48,932 nucleotides of DNA from a virus (lineage: Duplodnaviria; Heunggongvirae; Uroviricota; Caudoviricetes): the IMG/VR virus record IMGVR_UViG_640753024_000009; one strand, 5' to 3'. Of the stretch, positions 40,447 through 48,932 are shown one piece after another; positions within the stretch are counted from its first letter, which is position 1, and each line of letters starts with the position of its first letter. The translations under genes and the position numbers were made by a program. The notes beneath the pieces were generated by a model. It had not been told where the DNA came from and searched no databases. It saw only the letters and a program-made list of their open reading frames with translations.

Positions 40447-41507
40447 AATGCTCCTTCCCTGGTTTTACGCAGTGTTTCTGGCTTCATCAGGTAATCAAAC
40501 CCTGCCCGCCAGCCGGTGCGATATTCGCCGCCGAAATAGAAGTCTGGGGCGTTATCGCGGAATTTTTCGAAGTAGCCGATAAATGCGCCAAGAGTTTGCG
40601 TGCGCATATGTGCCAGCAGGCGCAGGATTGCCCGACGGCGGTCAGTATCAATTTCAGCTATAGGTAGCAGGTCGCCCAGAATCTCGTTGTAGCCCTTCAC
40701 AACTTCAGCAGGGTCAACGGCAGCCTCAGCAGTGGCCCACGCCTCAGCGTCAGCCAGATATCCGTCAAACCGGTTTACGCGGCAAATGTTCGCAGGTTTC
40801 GGCACGCTTCCGCTACGACGGCGCCATGTCGCAATAACCCAACGAATTACTAACTGAATCTCAGCCACGCTGTAACCAGCGCGGGTGGTGGTGGCAGTCA
40901 GCAGCATGACAAACGGTTTAACGTCGCGGCAGCGTGTACCGACTTTCTCGTTGTAGTAGTTCAGAGCTTTTTGAGCGTCAGCGAGAATGATTTCCTCGCC
41001 CTCCCCCTTTTGGGGGTAAGGGGGATCTTTTATCTCTGTAGTACTCTCTGTTGTATTCTCTGTAAGAGATTGGGTCATTTTGACCCTAGCGCATGGGTCA
41101 ACTTGACCTGATGCTTGGGTCACATTGACCTCTTCGATTGGGTCAACTTGACCTAATCGATTGGCCACAGGGAATGTTGTCTCTTCAATCTTACATAACT
41201 GGGCATAATTGATTGAATACCACTTGGTTTTATCCCAGGCATCACTGTTAAAGTTCCCAGTAAATACCACATTCAATTTTTCCAGATTGGCCAGCACGCG
41301 TTTTATTGTCGACTCGCTCCAGAACGGGAATTGTTCTTGCCAATCGGTCACACTGTTGTACACCCAGTGGCGATTTTCGAAGAAATTTTGAGATGAATTC
41401 AGCCAGTAGTGGATTTGCTGTAGAACGATGGCTTCATTCAACCCTATAGTGCATGCCAACGTGGGCAGGACCTGAAGGGGGTTTTCGTTAATCAGCAAAC
41501 GACTCAT
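40443..41507 (-). CDS. Replication initiator (lambda O-like replisome organiser), contains the origin
   Basis: ATG at 41507 with GGAG SD (track ORF starts at an upstream TTG); N-terminal HTH-like domain; iteron array embedded in the coding sequence. Confidence 0.7.
   Translation of the reverse strand: MSRLLINENPLQVLPTLACTIGLNEAIVLQQIHYWLNSSQNFFENRHWVYNSVTDWQEQFPFWSESTIKRVLANLEKLNVVFTGNFNSDAWDKTKWYSINYAQLCKIEETTFPVANRLGQVDPIEEVNVTQASGQVDPCARVKMTQSLTENTTESTTEIKDPPYPQKGEGEEIILADAQKALNYYNEKVGTRCRDVKPFVMLLTATTTRAGYSVAEIQLVIRWVIATWRRRSGSVPKPANICRVNRFDGYLADAEAWATAEAAVDPAEVVKGYNEILGDLLPIAEIDTDRRRAILRLLAHMRTQTLGAFIGYFEKFRDNAPDFYFGGEYRTGWRAGFDYLMKPETLRKTREGAL
41070..41154. repeat. Origin iterons: four 17-bp palindromic repeats at 22-23 bp spacing
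   Basis: TTGGGTCATTTTGACCC (41070), ATGGGTCAACTTGACCT (41093), TTGGGTCACATTGACCT (41115), TTGGGTCAACTTGACCT (41138); A/T-richer tract at 41030-41069. Confidence 0.65.
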
Positions 41508-41509
41508 AC

Positions 41510-41734
41510 TCAGATCTCCAGAGCTTCGGCTATCTGACGACAACCGGCTTCATAGTCCGCATTGCTCAGCCCTTTGTCGCGCAACTCGACCTTCCTGGAT
41601 TCATACTGCTCCCACACCGAAAGCGCGGCAGCCATACGCCCATCAAAAATAGGTTGGATCTCTGCAACATGTGCCGGGCGCCCATTCAGGTGCCAGCCGT
41701 TACGCCAGGTAATGCGGTCAATATGTCTTAACAT
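41510..41734 (-). CDS. Hypothetical protein (74 aa) between CII-like and O-like genes
   Basis: Stop 2 nt before the O-like ATG; SD in duplicated junction motif. Confidence 0.4.
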   Translation of the reverse strand: MLRHIDRITWRNGWHLNGRPAHVAEIQPIFDGRMAAALSVWEQYESRKVELRDKGLSNADYEAGCRQIAEALEI

Positions 41735-41773
41735 CGGTCTTTCCTCGGTATAAGTTAAACGCTGGTCAGGCGC

Positions 41774-42250
41774 TCATGCATGGTGGTCTTGCGCAGTGCG
41801 TATCACTGCTCCTCGCGTCGCTACCAGCGCCGCTATTGCTTCGTCAATTTCCTGGATAGTTAACTCTGGCGCGAAGTGGAGATGTACAGCGTTAATCGCT
41901 TCCACCCCTTCTTTTGCCGCCAGCGTTGCCAGCAAAACGGGATCGCCCGGCGACTCCAGACGCGCCCGCCGTTCTGCGGGTAGCACGGCTTTCATCACAC
42001 TGGCCAGCACCTGAGTTTTTCGGCGCGCCGCCGTTGTCTCGCCACGTAACCAGCGAAAGATTTTCTGCCGATTGTTGTTGATGGCTCTCCAGTCCACATT
42101 GCCGTCCGCGTCCTCAAATTCATGTAGTCTCAACTCATCATTGCGTCCCTGACTGAACCAGGCCCGGCAGATTTCAATCGTGACGAGTTCCTGCCCAGCC
42201 CTTGCCGCCCAGGTCAAAATCTCTTTTTGTAATTCCTCTGGGTTTTCCAT
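41774..42250 (-). CDS. Putative early regulator in the CII position (CII-like or YdaT-like)
   Basis: 158-aa ORF immediately downstream of cro-like gene; assignment by position. Confidence 0.35.
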   Translation of the reverse strand: MENPEELQKEILTWAARAGQELVTIEICRAWFSQGRNDELRLHEFEDADGNVDWRAINNNRQKIFRWLRGETTAARRKTQVLASVMKAVLPAERRARLESPGDPVLLATLAAKEGVEAINAVHLHFAPELTIQEIDEAIAALVATRGAVIRTAQDHHA

Positions 42251-42309
42251 AGCGTCTCCTGTCGCTAAAAATTGATTACGCTTAATCAGATGTAATAAGC
42301 CGCCCTTTG

Positions 42310-42507
42310 CTAAGCTTTTTCATGTTTTGGAACATCGTAAAAAGTCGGGTCATATTTCAGTGCTCCGTTAGTGATATGGTCGAGTCGAGCAGCTCGCTTT
42401 TCAGGAACTGTTGCCCCCCAACGAGTAACCGCCACTTGAGATATACCCAGCACCTTGGCTGTGGCTGTCTTTGAACCAAAAAAACTAATAACCGTCTCTG
42501 TTTTCAT
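42310..42507 (-). CDS. Cro-like HTH regulator
   Basis: 65 aa; HTH TATAKVLGISQVAVTRWG; divergent from the repressor gene across the operator region; GGAGGG SD. Confidence 0.65.
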   Translation of the reverse strand: MKTETVISFFGSKTATAKVLGISQVAVTRWGATVPEKRAARLDHITNGALKYDPTFYDVPKHEKA

Positions 42508-42519
42508 AATCCCTCCACG

Positions 42520-42556
42520 TAACTTTTGTTAGCAAAATAAATACTAACGAAAGTTA
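42520..42556. promoter_or_regulatory. Operator sites O1 and O2 (TAAC-N4-GTTA) in the cro/repressor intergenic region
   Basis: TAACTTTTGTTA at 42520-42531 and TAACGAAAGTTA at 42545-42556; adjacent GTTAAC at 42563-42568. Confidence 0.5.
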
Positions 42557-42562
42557 TGTCAA
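42534..42562 (-). promoter_or_regulatory. Putative PR-like promoter for the cro/replication operon
   Basis: Minus-strand -35 TTGACA (42562-42557), 17-nt spacer containing O2, -10 TATTTT (42539-42534), about 30 nt upstream of cro ATG. Confidence 0.45.
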
Positions 42563-42575
42563 GTTAACTTATATT

Positions 42576-42989
42576 ATGAGGATGAAGAATTTGATGCTTA
42601 GCGACCGTTTATCTCAAAGACGCAAACAGCTTGGTCTAACCCAACAACAGCTTGCTGATATGGTTGGAAGATCGAGTGTGAGCGTTTTTAAATGGGAAAG
42701 CGGACAAAATGAACCAAAAGGTCAGAACTTGCTGGCTTTGGCCAATGCACTTAAGTGTTCTGCCACATGGCTGCTTTTTGGTGACGAAGACCAGGCGCCA
42801 ACTCCGGTAGACGAATTACCAACAGAGCTGGATTCACGTCAAAAAAGATTGTTAGAGTTATTTGATTCATTACCCGAGTCAGAAAAAGAAAAGCAACTAA
42901 TTGAATTAGAAGATAAAGTTGAAAACTTTAATCGTTTATTTGAAGAGTTACTGGTTACCAGAAAGAAACTAACCCCCATCAAAAAATAA
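42576..42989 (+). CDS. CI-like prophage repressor (HTH, no obvious S24 peptidase domain)
   Basis: HTH LTQQQLADMVGRSSVSVFKWESG; start may be 42576 (leaderless-like), 42582 or 42594; strong terminator follows. Confidence 0.65.
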   Translation: MRMKNLMLSDRLSQRRKQLGLTQQQLADMVGRSSVSVFKWESGQNEPKGQNLLALANALKCSATWLLFGDEDQAPTPVDELPTELDSRQKRLLELFDSLPESEKEKQLIELEDKVENFNRLFEELLVTRKKLTPIKK

Positions 42990-42993
42990 AATA

Positions 42994-43028
42994 AAGGCAA
43001 TGTTTTCAATGCATTGCCTTTATTTTTA
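42994..43028 (+). terminator. Intrinsic terminator after the repressor gene
   Basis: AAGGCAATG...CATTGCCTT 9-bp stem followed by TATTTTT. Confidence 0.6.
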
Positions 43029-43038
43029 CCCCAAATAC

Positions 43039-43050
43039 TAACTTTTGTTA
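43039..43050. promoter_or_regulatory. Third operator copy (TAACTTTTGTTA)
   Basis: Exact repeat of O1 core, located after the repressor terminator and upstream of the next early genes. Confidence 0.4.
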
Positions 43051-43168
43051 TAAAACACCTTGCGCATAAAATTACCTTTAGTTATATTCATTCCATCAAC
43101 AACGCTTACCCAGCGGCAGTTGTTCAGAAAAACGTTCCGCTACCCGGCGTTAAGGGAAAGGAGAAGAG

Positions 43169-43393
43169 ATGGAACTTCGTAAGGTTTCAATTGCGGCAGG
43201 AAGTGCCGTTGGTCCAGTAGCTTTGGCCTTGGTCGAGAATCTTCGCAAGATCTCAGGTGAACTCAACGCTAAGGATGCAGGTGATGTTCTTGCGATATTA
43301 AGTGGCGCCATCGATAAGTTTGATGGCGCGCAAATGGATGAGGCTACTTTCTGGGAATCGGTTTGTAATCAGTTACTAGAAGCAACTTATTGA
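43169..43393 (+). CDS. Hypothetical protein (74 aa)
   Basis: AAGGAGAAG SD 6 nt upstream of ATG. Confidence 0.4.
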   Translation: MELRKVSIAAGSAVGPVALALVENLRKISGELNAKDAGDVLAILSGAIDKFDGAQMDEATFWESVCNQLLEATY

Positions 43394-43577
43394 ATATTCC
43401 CAGGCTGAAATCATCACCCGGATAAAGCTCTGATTTAGCTTTTGCAACATGCTTTGATAGGTCGGATTTCTCCTCGTAGCTCATACGACCAACCAACGCA
43501 GACAGTATTACCTGGTGAGACTTTAGCTCCTTTTTAAGTAAAGCCAGTTCATCTTTAAGTTGTTCAAGCTCTGACAT
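43344..43577 (-). CDS. Hypothetical coiled-coil protein (77 aa)
   Basis: AAGGA SD upstream of ATG at 43577; 3-prime end overlaps the convergent 74-aa ORF by 50 nt. Confidence 0.3.
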   Translation of the reverse strand: MSELEQLKDELALLKKELKSHQVILSALVGRMSYEEKSDLSKHVAKAKSELYPGDDFSLGIFNKLLLVTDYKPIPRK

Positions 43578-43673
43578 AAGAAAATCCTTTTTTGTTGTGT
43601 GGGCATTAAAGGTAGCACGACCGGGCGTGTTGAAAAATCCCGGAACTTAATTCTTCGGGTCGCCGACAGCACG

Positions 43674-45665
43674 ATGACAGAGGGAAAGACTTCACCGGCA
43701 TATGGCACATGTGTCGAAGCGGTCTGGATGGAAGCGGAGCCTTGCAGTTCAGCAGATATCTCACAGGTTAGCGACCTGATGAAACTGCCTGCTCGTGAAC
43801 GCTTCGCCGCCGTCCTGCTGTTCAGCCACGATGCCAACGAAGTCGACAGTGAATTGCTTGCGCAGACGCGTGAATACCTGGAGATGCTCGACAACAGTGA
43901 TACTGACAGTGAGGATGAGGTTGACGCGTTTAACCGCATCGTTCTTGATGCCATGGTGGCGTGTAAGCCCATCGAGTACATGCATATTGCTGGATTGAAT
44001 AATCTGGTACATGCAATTTTGGCAAGTTGCGATACCCAGGAACAAAACCCGACCAGTTGGACTATCTCCAAATTTATAAAAAAATGGGTAGAGAATCCCG
44101 GTAAACGCGATGAAATGCTGCCGGAGGTAAAACCAGAAACAGCATCCGCACGTCCTTACCAACAGACTCACGCCACACTGGATCGTGAAATTGCCTGCGC
44201 CCTGTTACCCGTTGGCCCGGAAAAAATCACCCCCAGCATCCTGAAAGCGGCAGACGAAATAATCAGTCAGGACAGGGAAGATTTTAAACGCTGGTCAATG
44301 GCCTTGCGCACAACGGATCAGATCCTTGCCTATGACCGTGCATCAGTATTCGGTGTTATTCAGAGCGCCCCCGCAAAAGACACGTACCACTTCCCACAAT
44401 CCCTGCGCAGTCACATCGACAACTGGCTGCAAGCTAACGGGCAGCGTGATGCAAATGCTGTTGAAGAGAAGCCAAAGGAAGCAGCACCAAAGGATGATGT
44501 AAAAGTCACCAACCACGGCGGCGGACGATTCTCAATTGATGGGATGATGTCAGAAACACCCTCAAATCAGGGCGAAAAAAGCGAAGCTGCAAATGCTGGA
44601 GAACGTAGTTTGCAGCAGTTGCGTGAGCAGTTTGTCACGCCTCGCCATGTGTATGACGTACCTGAAAATAACGCCGTATCACAGAGGGAACCTGCAGCAA
44701 TTACCCTGGCAGAAGAGACTCCTCCACAAGAAAAACTTAGCGAGCAGGTAAAGGATCTGGTGCAGAACGTTGACGCGCTGGTTGAGCGGGTCCATACCGA
44801 AGAGCACAAGCGGCAGAATGCAATCTCAGCTATCGAAACGGAGTTAAAGGACTCCGACGACACAGATAACCTGGCATTGTGGAAGAACGTATTCAAAACC
44901 GATGAGCGCTTCACCAGTGCTTTCTCTCAGAACGGCGGCGGCACATCCATCAACGGCACTTATATAGCGATGAAAGCGACTCGCGAATTTGGGCCGTTTG
45001 GTATTGGCTGGGGTGTAGAGGTGGTGGAAGAGCGTTTTGATAAAGGCGCACCGATAGTTCGCAAAAAACAGGTTGGTGAAAAAATAGAATGGGATCTGAT
45101 TCAAGACGGTGTTGGCGGGTACCTATGTGAAATGCACCACACCATGAAAGTTAGAGTCTGGTACATATTGAATGGAGTGCGCGGTGAGTCCGAGGCTTAC
45201 GGATGCACACCTTATATCTACGACACTAAATACGGACCAACAAGCGACGGCGAAGCGCCGAAGAAATCCTGGACGGATGCTGTTAAGAAAGCGCTATCCC
45301 CTCTCGGATTCAGCGCCGATATTTTCATGGGCCTGTACGACAATCCGGAATACCGCCAGAGGAATAAAGCTGAGTTTGATATCAAGAATGCCAGCGAAAA
45401 TGCGGAAGATGCTACCCGTCTGCGTAAGGAACTGGATGAGAAGCTTATCAACGTTGCCAATACGCTGGCCGCCGCGGTAACCGCCAACGAAGTAAACAAG
45501 GTATTTGGCCTCATCGCCCGCGAAGTGGATGTACACAGGAAAGCAGCGGAAGCCAAAGGCGATAAAGAATATTCATCGTATCTGGGATCACGTCTGCGCC
45601 GTATCACCGACATCAAAACTGAACGCCTCGCCGCCCTCACCGCTGCACAGGAGCAAACCGCATGA
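43674..45665 (+). CDS. Large protein with C-terminal Rad52-family single-strand annealing domain
   Basis: C-terminal REFGPFGIGWGVEVVEE and KKSWTDAVKKALSPLGFSADIF resemble conserved Rad52/Sak motifs; N-terminal about 400 aa acidic and unassigned; start uncertain (track GTG 43599, first ATG 43674). Confidence 0.5.
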   Translation: MTEGKTSPAYGTCVEAVWMEAEPCSSADISQVSDLMKLPARERFAAVLLFSHDANEVDSELLAQTREYLEMLDNSDTDSEDEVDAFNRIVLDAMVACKPIEYMHIAGLNNLVHAILASCDTQEQNPTSWTISKFIKKWVENPGKRDEMLPEVKPETASARPYQQTHATLDREIACALLPVGPEKITPSILKAADEIISQDREDFKRWSMALRTTDQILAYDRASVFGVIQSAPAKDTYHFPQSLRSHIDNWLQANGQRDANAVEEKPKEAAPKDDVKVTNHGGGRFSIDGMMSETPSNQGEKSEAANAGERSLQQLREQFVTPRHVYDVPENNAVSQREPAAITLAEETPPQEKLSEQVKDLVQNVDALVERVHTEEHKRQNAISAIETELKDSDDTDNLALWKNVFKTDERFTSAFSQNGGGTSINGTYIAMKATREFGPFGIGWGVEVVEERFDKGAPIVRKKQVGEKIEWDLIQDGVGGYLCEMHHTMKVRVWYILNGVRGESEAYGCTPYIYDTKYGPTSDGEAPKKSWTDAVKKALSPLGFSADIFMGLYDNPEYRQRNKAEFDIKNASENAEDATRLRKELDEKLINVANTLAAAVTANEVNKVFGLIAREVDVHRKAAEAKGDKEYSSYLGSRLRRITDIKTERLAALTAAQEQTA

Positions 45666-46231
45666 GCACCGCTATCGCTATTGCAAAAGAATATGCCAGC
45701 CTGATTGACCTGCTGGAAACCTCCGACGAACTGACGCCAGAGATGATCGCCGACACGCTTGAAGGTATGGAAGGAGAACTGGGAGACAAACTGGACGCCA
45801 TGATGGTCATCTGCCGCAATTTACAGGGCAATGCCAATACCTGCGCTCAAGAAATGTCTCGCCTGGCTACCCGTAAGACGTCATTTGAAGGCAAGGAAAA
45901 AGCAATTCGGAAGCATATGCTCACCTGCCTGCAAGCTGCTGGCCTGGATAAACTGAAAACCGCAAAAAACACATTTACTGATGCACAGGGGGCTATCCGG
46001 GTAATTATCGATAGCGAAGATAAGATCCCGGATGAGTATGAAGGCGTGTCACTTGTTGATGTAGAAACGGTTATTACACCAAACAAGCGAGCCATTAAAG
46101 AAGTGATTGAATCTGCGGGGGCGGTTGCCGCCGAAATACTGGCGCGTGGAGAAACACCACCTGCCGAGTTATTAAACCCGGTACCAGGCGCACATCTGGA
46201 ACGCGGCGAACGTTCACTGAGGGTACGCTAA
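45662..46231 (+). CDS. Gp157-like protein
   Basis: 189 aa; AGGAG SD; start overlaps stop of upstream gene; family assignment from N-terminal MSTAIAIAKEY signature recalled from Gp157 proteins. Confidence 0.45.
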   Translation: MSTAIAIAKEYASLIDLLETSDELTPEMIADTLEGMEGELGDKLDAMMVICRNLQGNANTCAQEMSRLATRKTSFEGKEKAIRKHMLTCLQAAGLDKLKTAKNTFTDAQGAIRVIIDSEDKIPDEYEGVSLVDVETVITPNKRAIKEVIESAGAVAAEILARGETPPAELLNPVPGAHLERGERSLRVR

Positions 46232-46413
46232 TGCTTAAACTCACATTAAAGCGTGGTGACGCGGTTCACCTGGTACTTGCCGATGGAACCAACGGCATTA
46301 TTGAAGCACGGAGCCGCTGCGAACTTGGGCTACACCTGCCAGAAAACATTAAGGTCACGCGGGAGAAATCGGCATTCCCCCCACCAGAACTGATTACGCC
46401 TAATCAGAAATAA
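46231..46413 (+). CDS. Hypothetical protein (60 aa)
   Basis: GAGGG SD 8 nt upstream; start overlaps stop of Gp157-like gene. Confidence 0.4.
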   Translation: MLKLTLKRGDAVHLVLADGTNGIIEARSRCELGLHLPENIKVTREKSAFPPPELITPNQK

Positions 46414-46462
46414 AAACTCACCATCGCTAGCATTGCGATTCACCAGTAACCGGAGGATCACA

Positions 46463-46657
46463 ATGCTGCGATGGCAACCGGGAGCAACTCTGCTCTCCGC
46501 ATTTGATATCAAAATTGGCCGACTGTCGGCCAGCGTCAGGAAACAGACTTTGACCGAGTCTGATATTGCCCGTGCCTGCAAGGCGGCAGATGACCTGATT
46601 TACCGCATTATGAGGAAAGACCATGAACGACCTGCTAACAGACCAGGAACTGGTTGA
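46463..46657 (+). CDS. Hypothetical protein (64 aa)
   Basis: GGAGGA SD 5 nt upstream of internal ATG at 46463; 3-prime end overlaps the excisionase-like gene. Confidence 0.4.
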   Translation: MLRWQPGATLLSAFDIKIGRLSASVRKQTLTESDIARACKAADDLIYRIMRKDHERPANRPGTG

Positions 46658-46838
46658 ACTGACCGGTTACCAGTTCCCGTCAAAACAATGCGGTGCCCTG
46701 ACCCGTGCCGGGATCTCTTATGTAAAACGCCGCGACGGGCGACCTCGCGTCACGTGGACGCATGTAAACGCCGCGCTGTCCGGAGCAAGGTCCGTGCAGA
46801 TTGCCGAAGAAGAACAACCTAATTTTGATGCAATCTGA
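46623..46838 (+). CDS. xis: Excisionase-like DNA-binding protein
   Basis: 71 aa; LLTDQELVELTGYQFPSKQ motif; GAGGA SD; stop overlaps the integrase start. Confidence 0.55.
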   Translation: MNDLLTDQELVELTGYQFPSKQCGALTRAGISYVKRRDGRPRVTWTHVNAALSGARSVQIAEEEQPNFDAI

Positions 46839-47866
46839 TGAGCAGAACACGAAAAAGCGCGGAAGATAATAAGCTGCCACCCCGCGTTTATAAAAACAAA
46901 TACAGCTATTATTTCAAACCAACGCCCCGAGAGTGTATTACGCTGGGTAAAATTAATGATCTGTCAATTGCTCAGGTATGGGTGAAATACGAAGAGATCC
47001 TGAATGATGCTATTGATGTCATGACGTTCAGTAAACTCTGGAACAAATTTCTCAACAGCACCTACTATCTGGAACTCGGTCAGCGTACACAAAAGGATTA
47101 TCTGCAGCACCAGAAGAAATTACTCGCCGCGTTCGGGAAAATGAAAGCCGACAACGTAAAACCTGCTCACGTGCGGCTGTATATGGACAAGCGGGGGCTG
47201 AAAAGCAAAACACAGGCGAACCATGAAAAAGCCAGTATGTCGCGAGTATTCCGCTGGGGATACGAACGCGGATACGTAAAAGGGAATCCATGCCAGGGCG
47301 TCAGTAAATTTTCCCTCAAGCCCCGCGACTACTATTTCACGGACGAGGAATATATCGCAATTTATCAGGAGGCATCTCCCGTTTTACAGTGCGCGATGGA
47401 GATCGCCTATCTGTGCGCCACGCGGATCGGCGATATACGAAAGCTGACGTGGGATCAGGTAATGAGTAAGGGGTTGTTTATCCAACAGGGTAAGACTGGC
47501 AAAAAGCAGATCAAACAGTATTCAGAGCGACTGACGTTCGCACTTGAGCAGGCGAAATCGTTGGGAGGACAACATTTCGTGGTCTGTAACAAATATGGCG
47601 GGCAATACAGCTATACCGGATTTAACGATATCTGGCGTAAAGCCAGGGCGGCGGCAAGTGAAAAGCTGGGCTACCCGATTACGGGAACGTTTCACGATTT
47701 AAAAGCGAAGGGGATCTCAGACTACGACGGAAGCAGTAAAGAAAAGCAGTTGTTCTCTGGTCACAAAACAGAGGCGCAAGTGCTGACGTATGATCGCAAA
47801 CCCGCAGTAACTCCAACTCTGGATATTCCGGTGCTGGATGTCACAGTTCTGAGCAGAAACCCGTGA
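46838..47866 (+). CDS. int: Tyrosine integrase (lambda Int family)
   Basis: 342 aa; catalytic-domain motifs (CATRIGDIRKLTW, HDLKAKG, GHKTEAQVLTY); adjacent to the tRNA gene. Confidence 0.9.
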   Translation: MSRTRKSAEDNKLPPRVYKNKYSYYFKPTPRECITLGKINDLSIAQVWVKYEEILNDAIDVMTFSKLWNKFLNSTYYLELGQRTQKDYLQHQKKLLAAFGKMKADNVKPAHVRLYMDKRGLKSKTQANHEKASMSRVFRWGYERGYVKGNPCQGVSKFSLKPRDYYFTDEEYIAIYQEASPVLQCAMEIAYLCATRIGDIRKLTWDQVMSKGLFIQQGKTGKKQIKQYSERLTFALEQAKSLGGQHFVVCNKYGGQYSYTGFNDIWRKARAAASEKLGYPITGTFHDLKAKGISDYDGSSKEKQLFSGHKTEAQVLTYDRKPAVTPTLDIPVLDVTVLSRNP

Positions 47867-47951
47867 CGGTCTAATTCTAAGTGAATATTCTAAGTCCGTT
47901 CTAACAGGGGGATCGACGGTGAAAAGTGAGTGACGTAAGTCATTGATAAAG

Positions 47952-48041
47952 TGGCGGAGAGAGGGGGATTTGAACCCCCGGTAGAGTTGCCCCTACTCCG
48001 GTTTTCGAGACCGGTCCGTTCAGCCGCTCCGGCATCTCTCC
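47952..48041 (-). tRNA. serU: tRNA-Ser (anticodon CGA), serU-like; prophage attachment site
   Basis: 90-nt sequence folds as class II tRNA: acceptor GGAGAGA/TCTCTCC plus GCCA, anticodon stem CCGGT/ACCGG with loop CTCGAAA, long variable arm, T-loop GGTTCAAATCC. Confidence 0.9.
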
Positions 48042-48134
48042 GTTCAGATGGTTGCCATGATGCCAGGAAATTTGGCATTTTAACAGTCCCTGTCCGTGCA
48101 ATTTTGTTCAAGTGACGAGTTTGCGAGCAAAACG

Positions 48135-48932
48135 ATGATTAAGTGGCCCTGGAAAGTACAAGAATCAGCACATCAAACTGCCCTTCCCTGGCAGGAAGCA
48201 CTATCGATCCCCCTTTTAACGTGTCTGACGGAACAGGAACAAAGCAAATTAGTCACTCTTGCCGAACGTTTTTTACAGCAAAAGCGGCTTGTTCCTTTAC
48301 AGGGCTTTGAACTGGATTCATTAAGAAGCTGCCGGATAGCACTTCTATTTTGCCTACCCGTTCTGGAGTTAGGACTGGAATGGCTGGATGGTTTTCATGA
48401 AGTCTTAATTTATCCTGCGCCATTTGTGGTCGATGATGAATGGGAAGACGATATCGGTCTGGTGCATAACCAACGTATTGTTCAGTCAGGTCAGAGCTGG
48501 CAGCAAGGGCCTATCGTTTTGAACTGGTTGGATATACAAGATTCTTTTGATGCTTCTGGTTTTAACCTGATTATTCATGAAGTCGCTCATAAGCTGGACA
48601 CCCGTAACGGCGATCGCGCCAGCGGAGTTCCCTTTATTCCGTTGCGTGAGGTTGCTGGCTGGGAACACGATCTTCATGCTGCAATGAACAACATTCAGGA
48701 AGAAATCGAATTAGTTGGCGAGAATGCGGCGAGCATTGATGCTTATGCTGCCAGTGATCCTGCTGAATGTTTTGCCGTACTTTCTGAATATTTCTTTAGC
48801 GCCCCAGAACTTTTTGCTCCTGGTTTCCCTTCATTGTGGCAACGTTTCTGCCAATTTTATCAACAAGATCCTTTGCAGAGACTGCATCGCACTAATGATA
48901 CAGACTCGTTTTCGGCGACGAATGTTCATTAA
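48135..48932 (+). CDS. mtfA: Mlc titration factor MtfA (host chromosomal gene)
   Basis: Protein from ATG 48135 begins [28 protein letters not shown] and contains zinc-peptidase-like HEVAH; matches enterobacterial MtfA; track ORF starts at an upstream GTG. Confidence 0.9.
   Translation: MIKWPWKVQESAHQTALPWQEALSIPLLTCLTEQEQSKLVTLAERFLQQKRLVPLQGFELDSLRSCRIALLFCLPVLELGLEWLDGFHEVLIYPAPFVVDDEWEDDIGLVHNQRIVQSGQSWQQGPIVLNWLDIQDSFDASGFNLIIHEVAHKLDTRNGDRASGVPFIPLREVAGWEHDLHAAMNNIQEEIELVGENAASIDAYAASDPAECFAVLSEYFFSAPELFAPGFPSLWQRFCQFYQQDPLQRLHRTNDTDSFSATNVH

Noticed and set aside
47890-48111. 73-aa minus-strand ORF overlapping the tRNA-Ser gene
   Set aside because: Overlaps a clear tRNA gene and the att region; no SD; tRNA assignment is far stronger.

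Overview
Nearly the whole window is one lambdoid prophage lying in reverse orientation, ending at a tRNA-Ser(CGA) gene (serU-like) next to mtfA at the right edge, which points to an Escherichia-type host. Right to left: integrase and excisionase-like genes, a recombination module (Rad52-like annealing protein, Gp157-like), an immunity switch (CI-like repressor, Cro-like, three TAAC-N4-GTTA operators), a replication module (O-like initiator with four iterons inside the gene, DnaB-like helicase), nin-like small genes, an AT-rich accessory island of about 9 kb (27.9-36.6 kb), Q-like antiterminator, lysis cassette, lambda-like packaging and head genes, and a P2-like contractile-tail module whose distal fibre gene runs off the left edge. 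The portal gene is split by a 2125-bp IS21-family element with a 4-bp target duplication, so the prophage is probably unable to assemble heads. The best candidate for an undescribed system is the accessory island: it carries an uncharacterised membrane protein, a 459-aa protein, a GIY-YIG plus HNH nuclease pair, a 259-aa protein and two lipoproteins, punctuated by three copies of a ~100-bp repeat whose hairpin stems covary. All calls rest on reading the supplied translations and the DNA; no database search was possible, so family names are from memory and the island genes are function-unknown.
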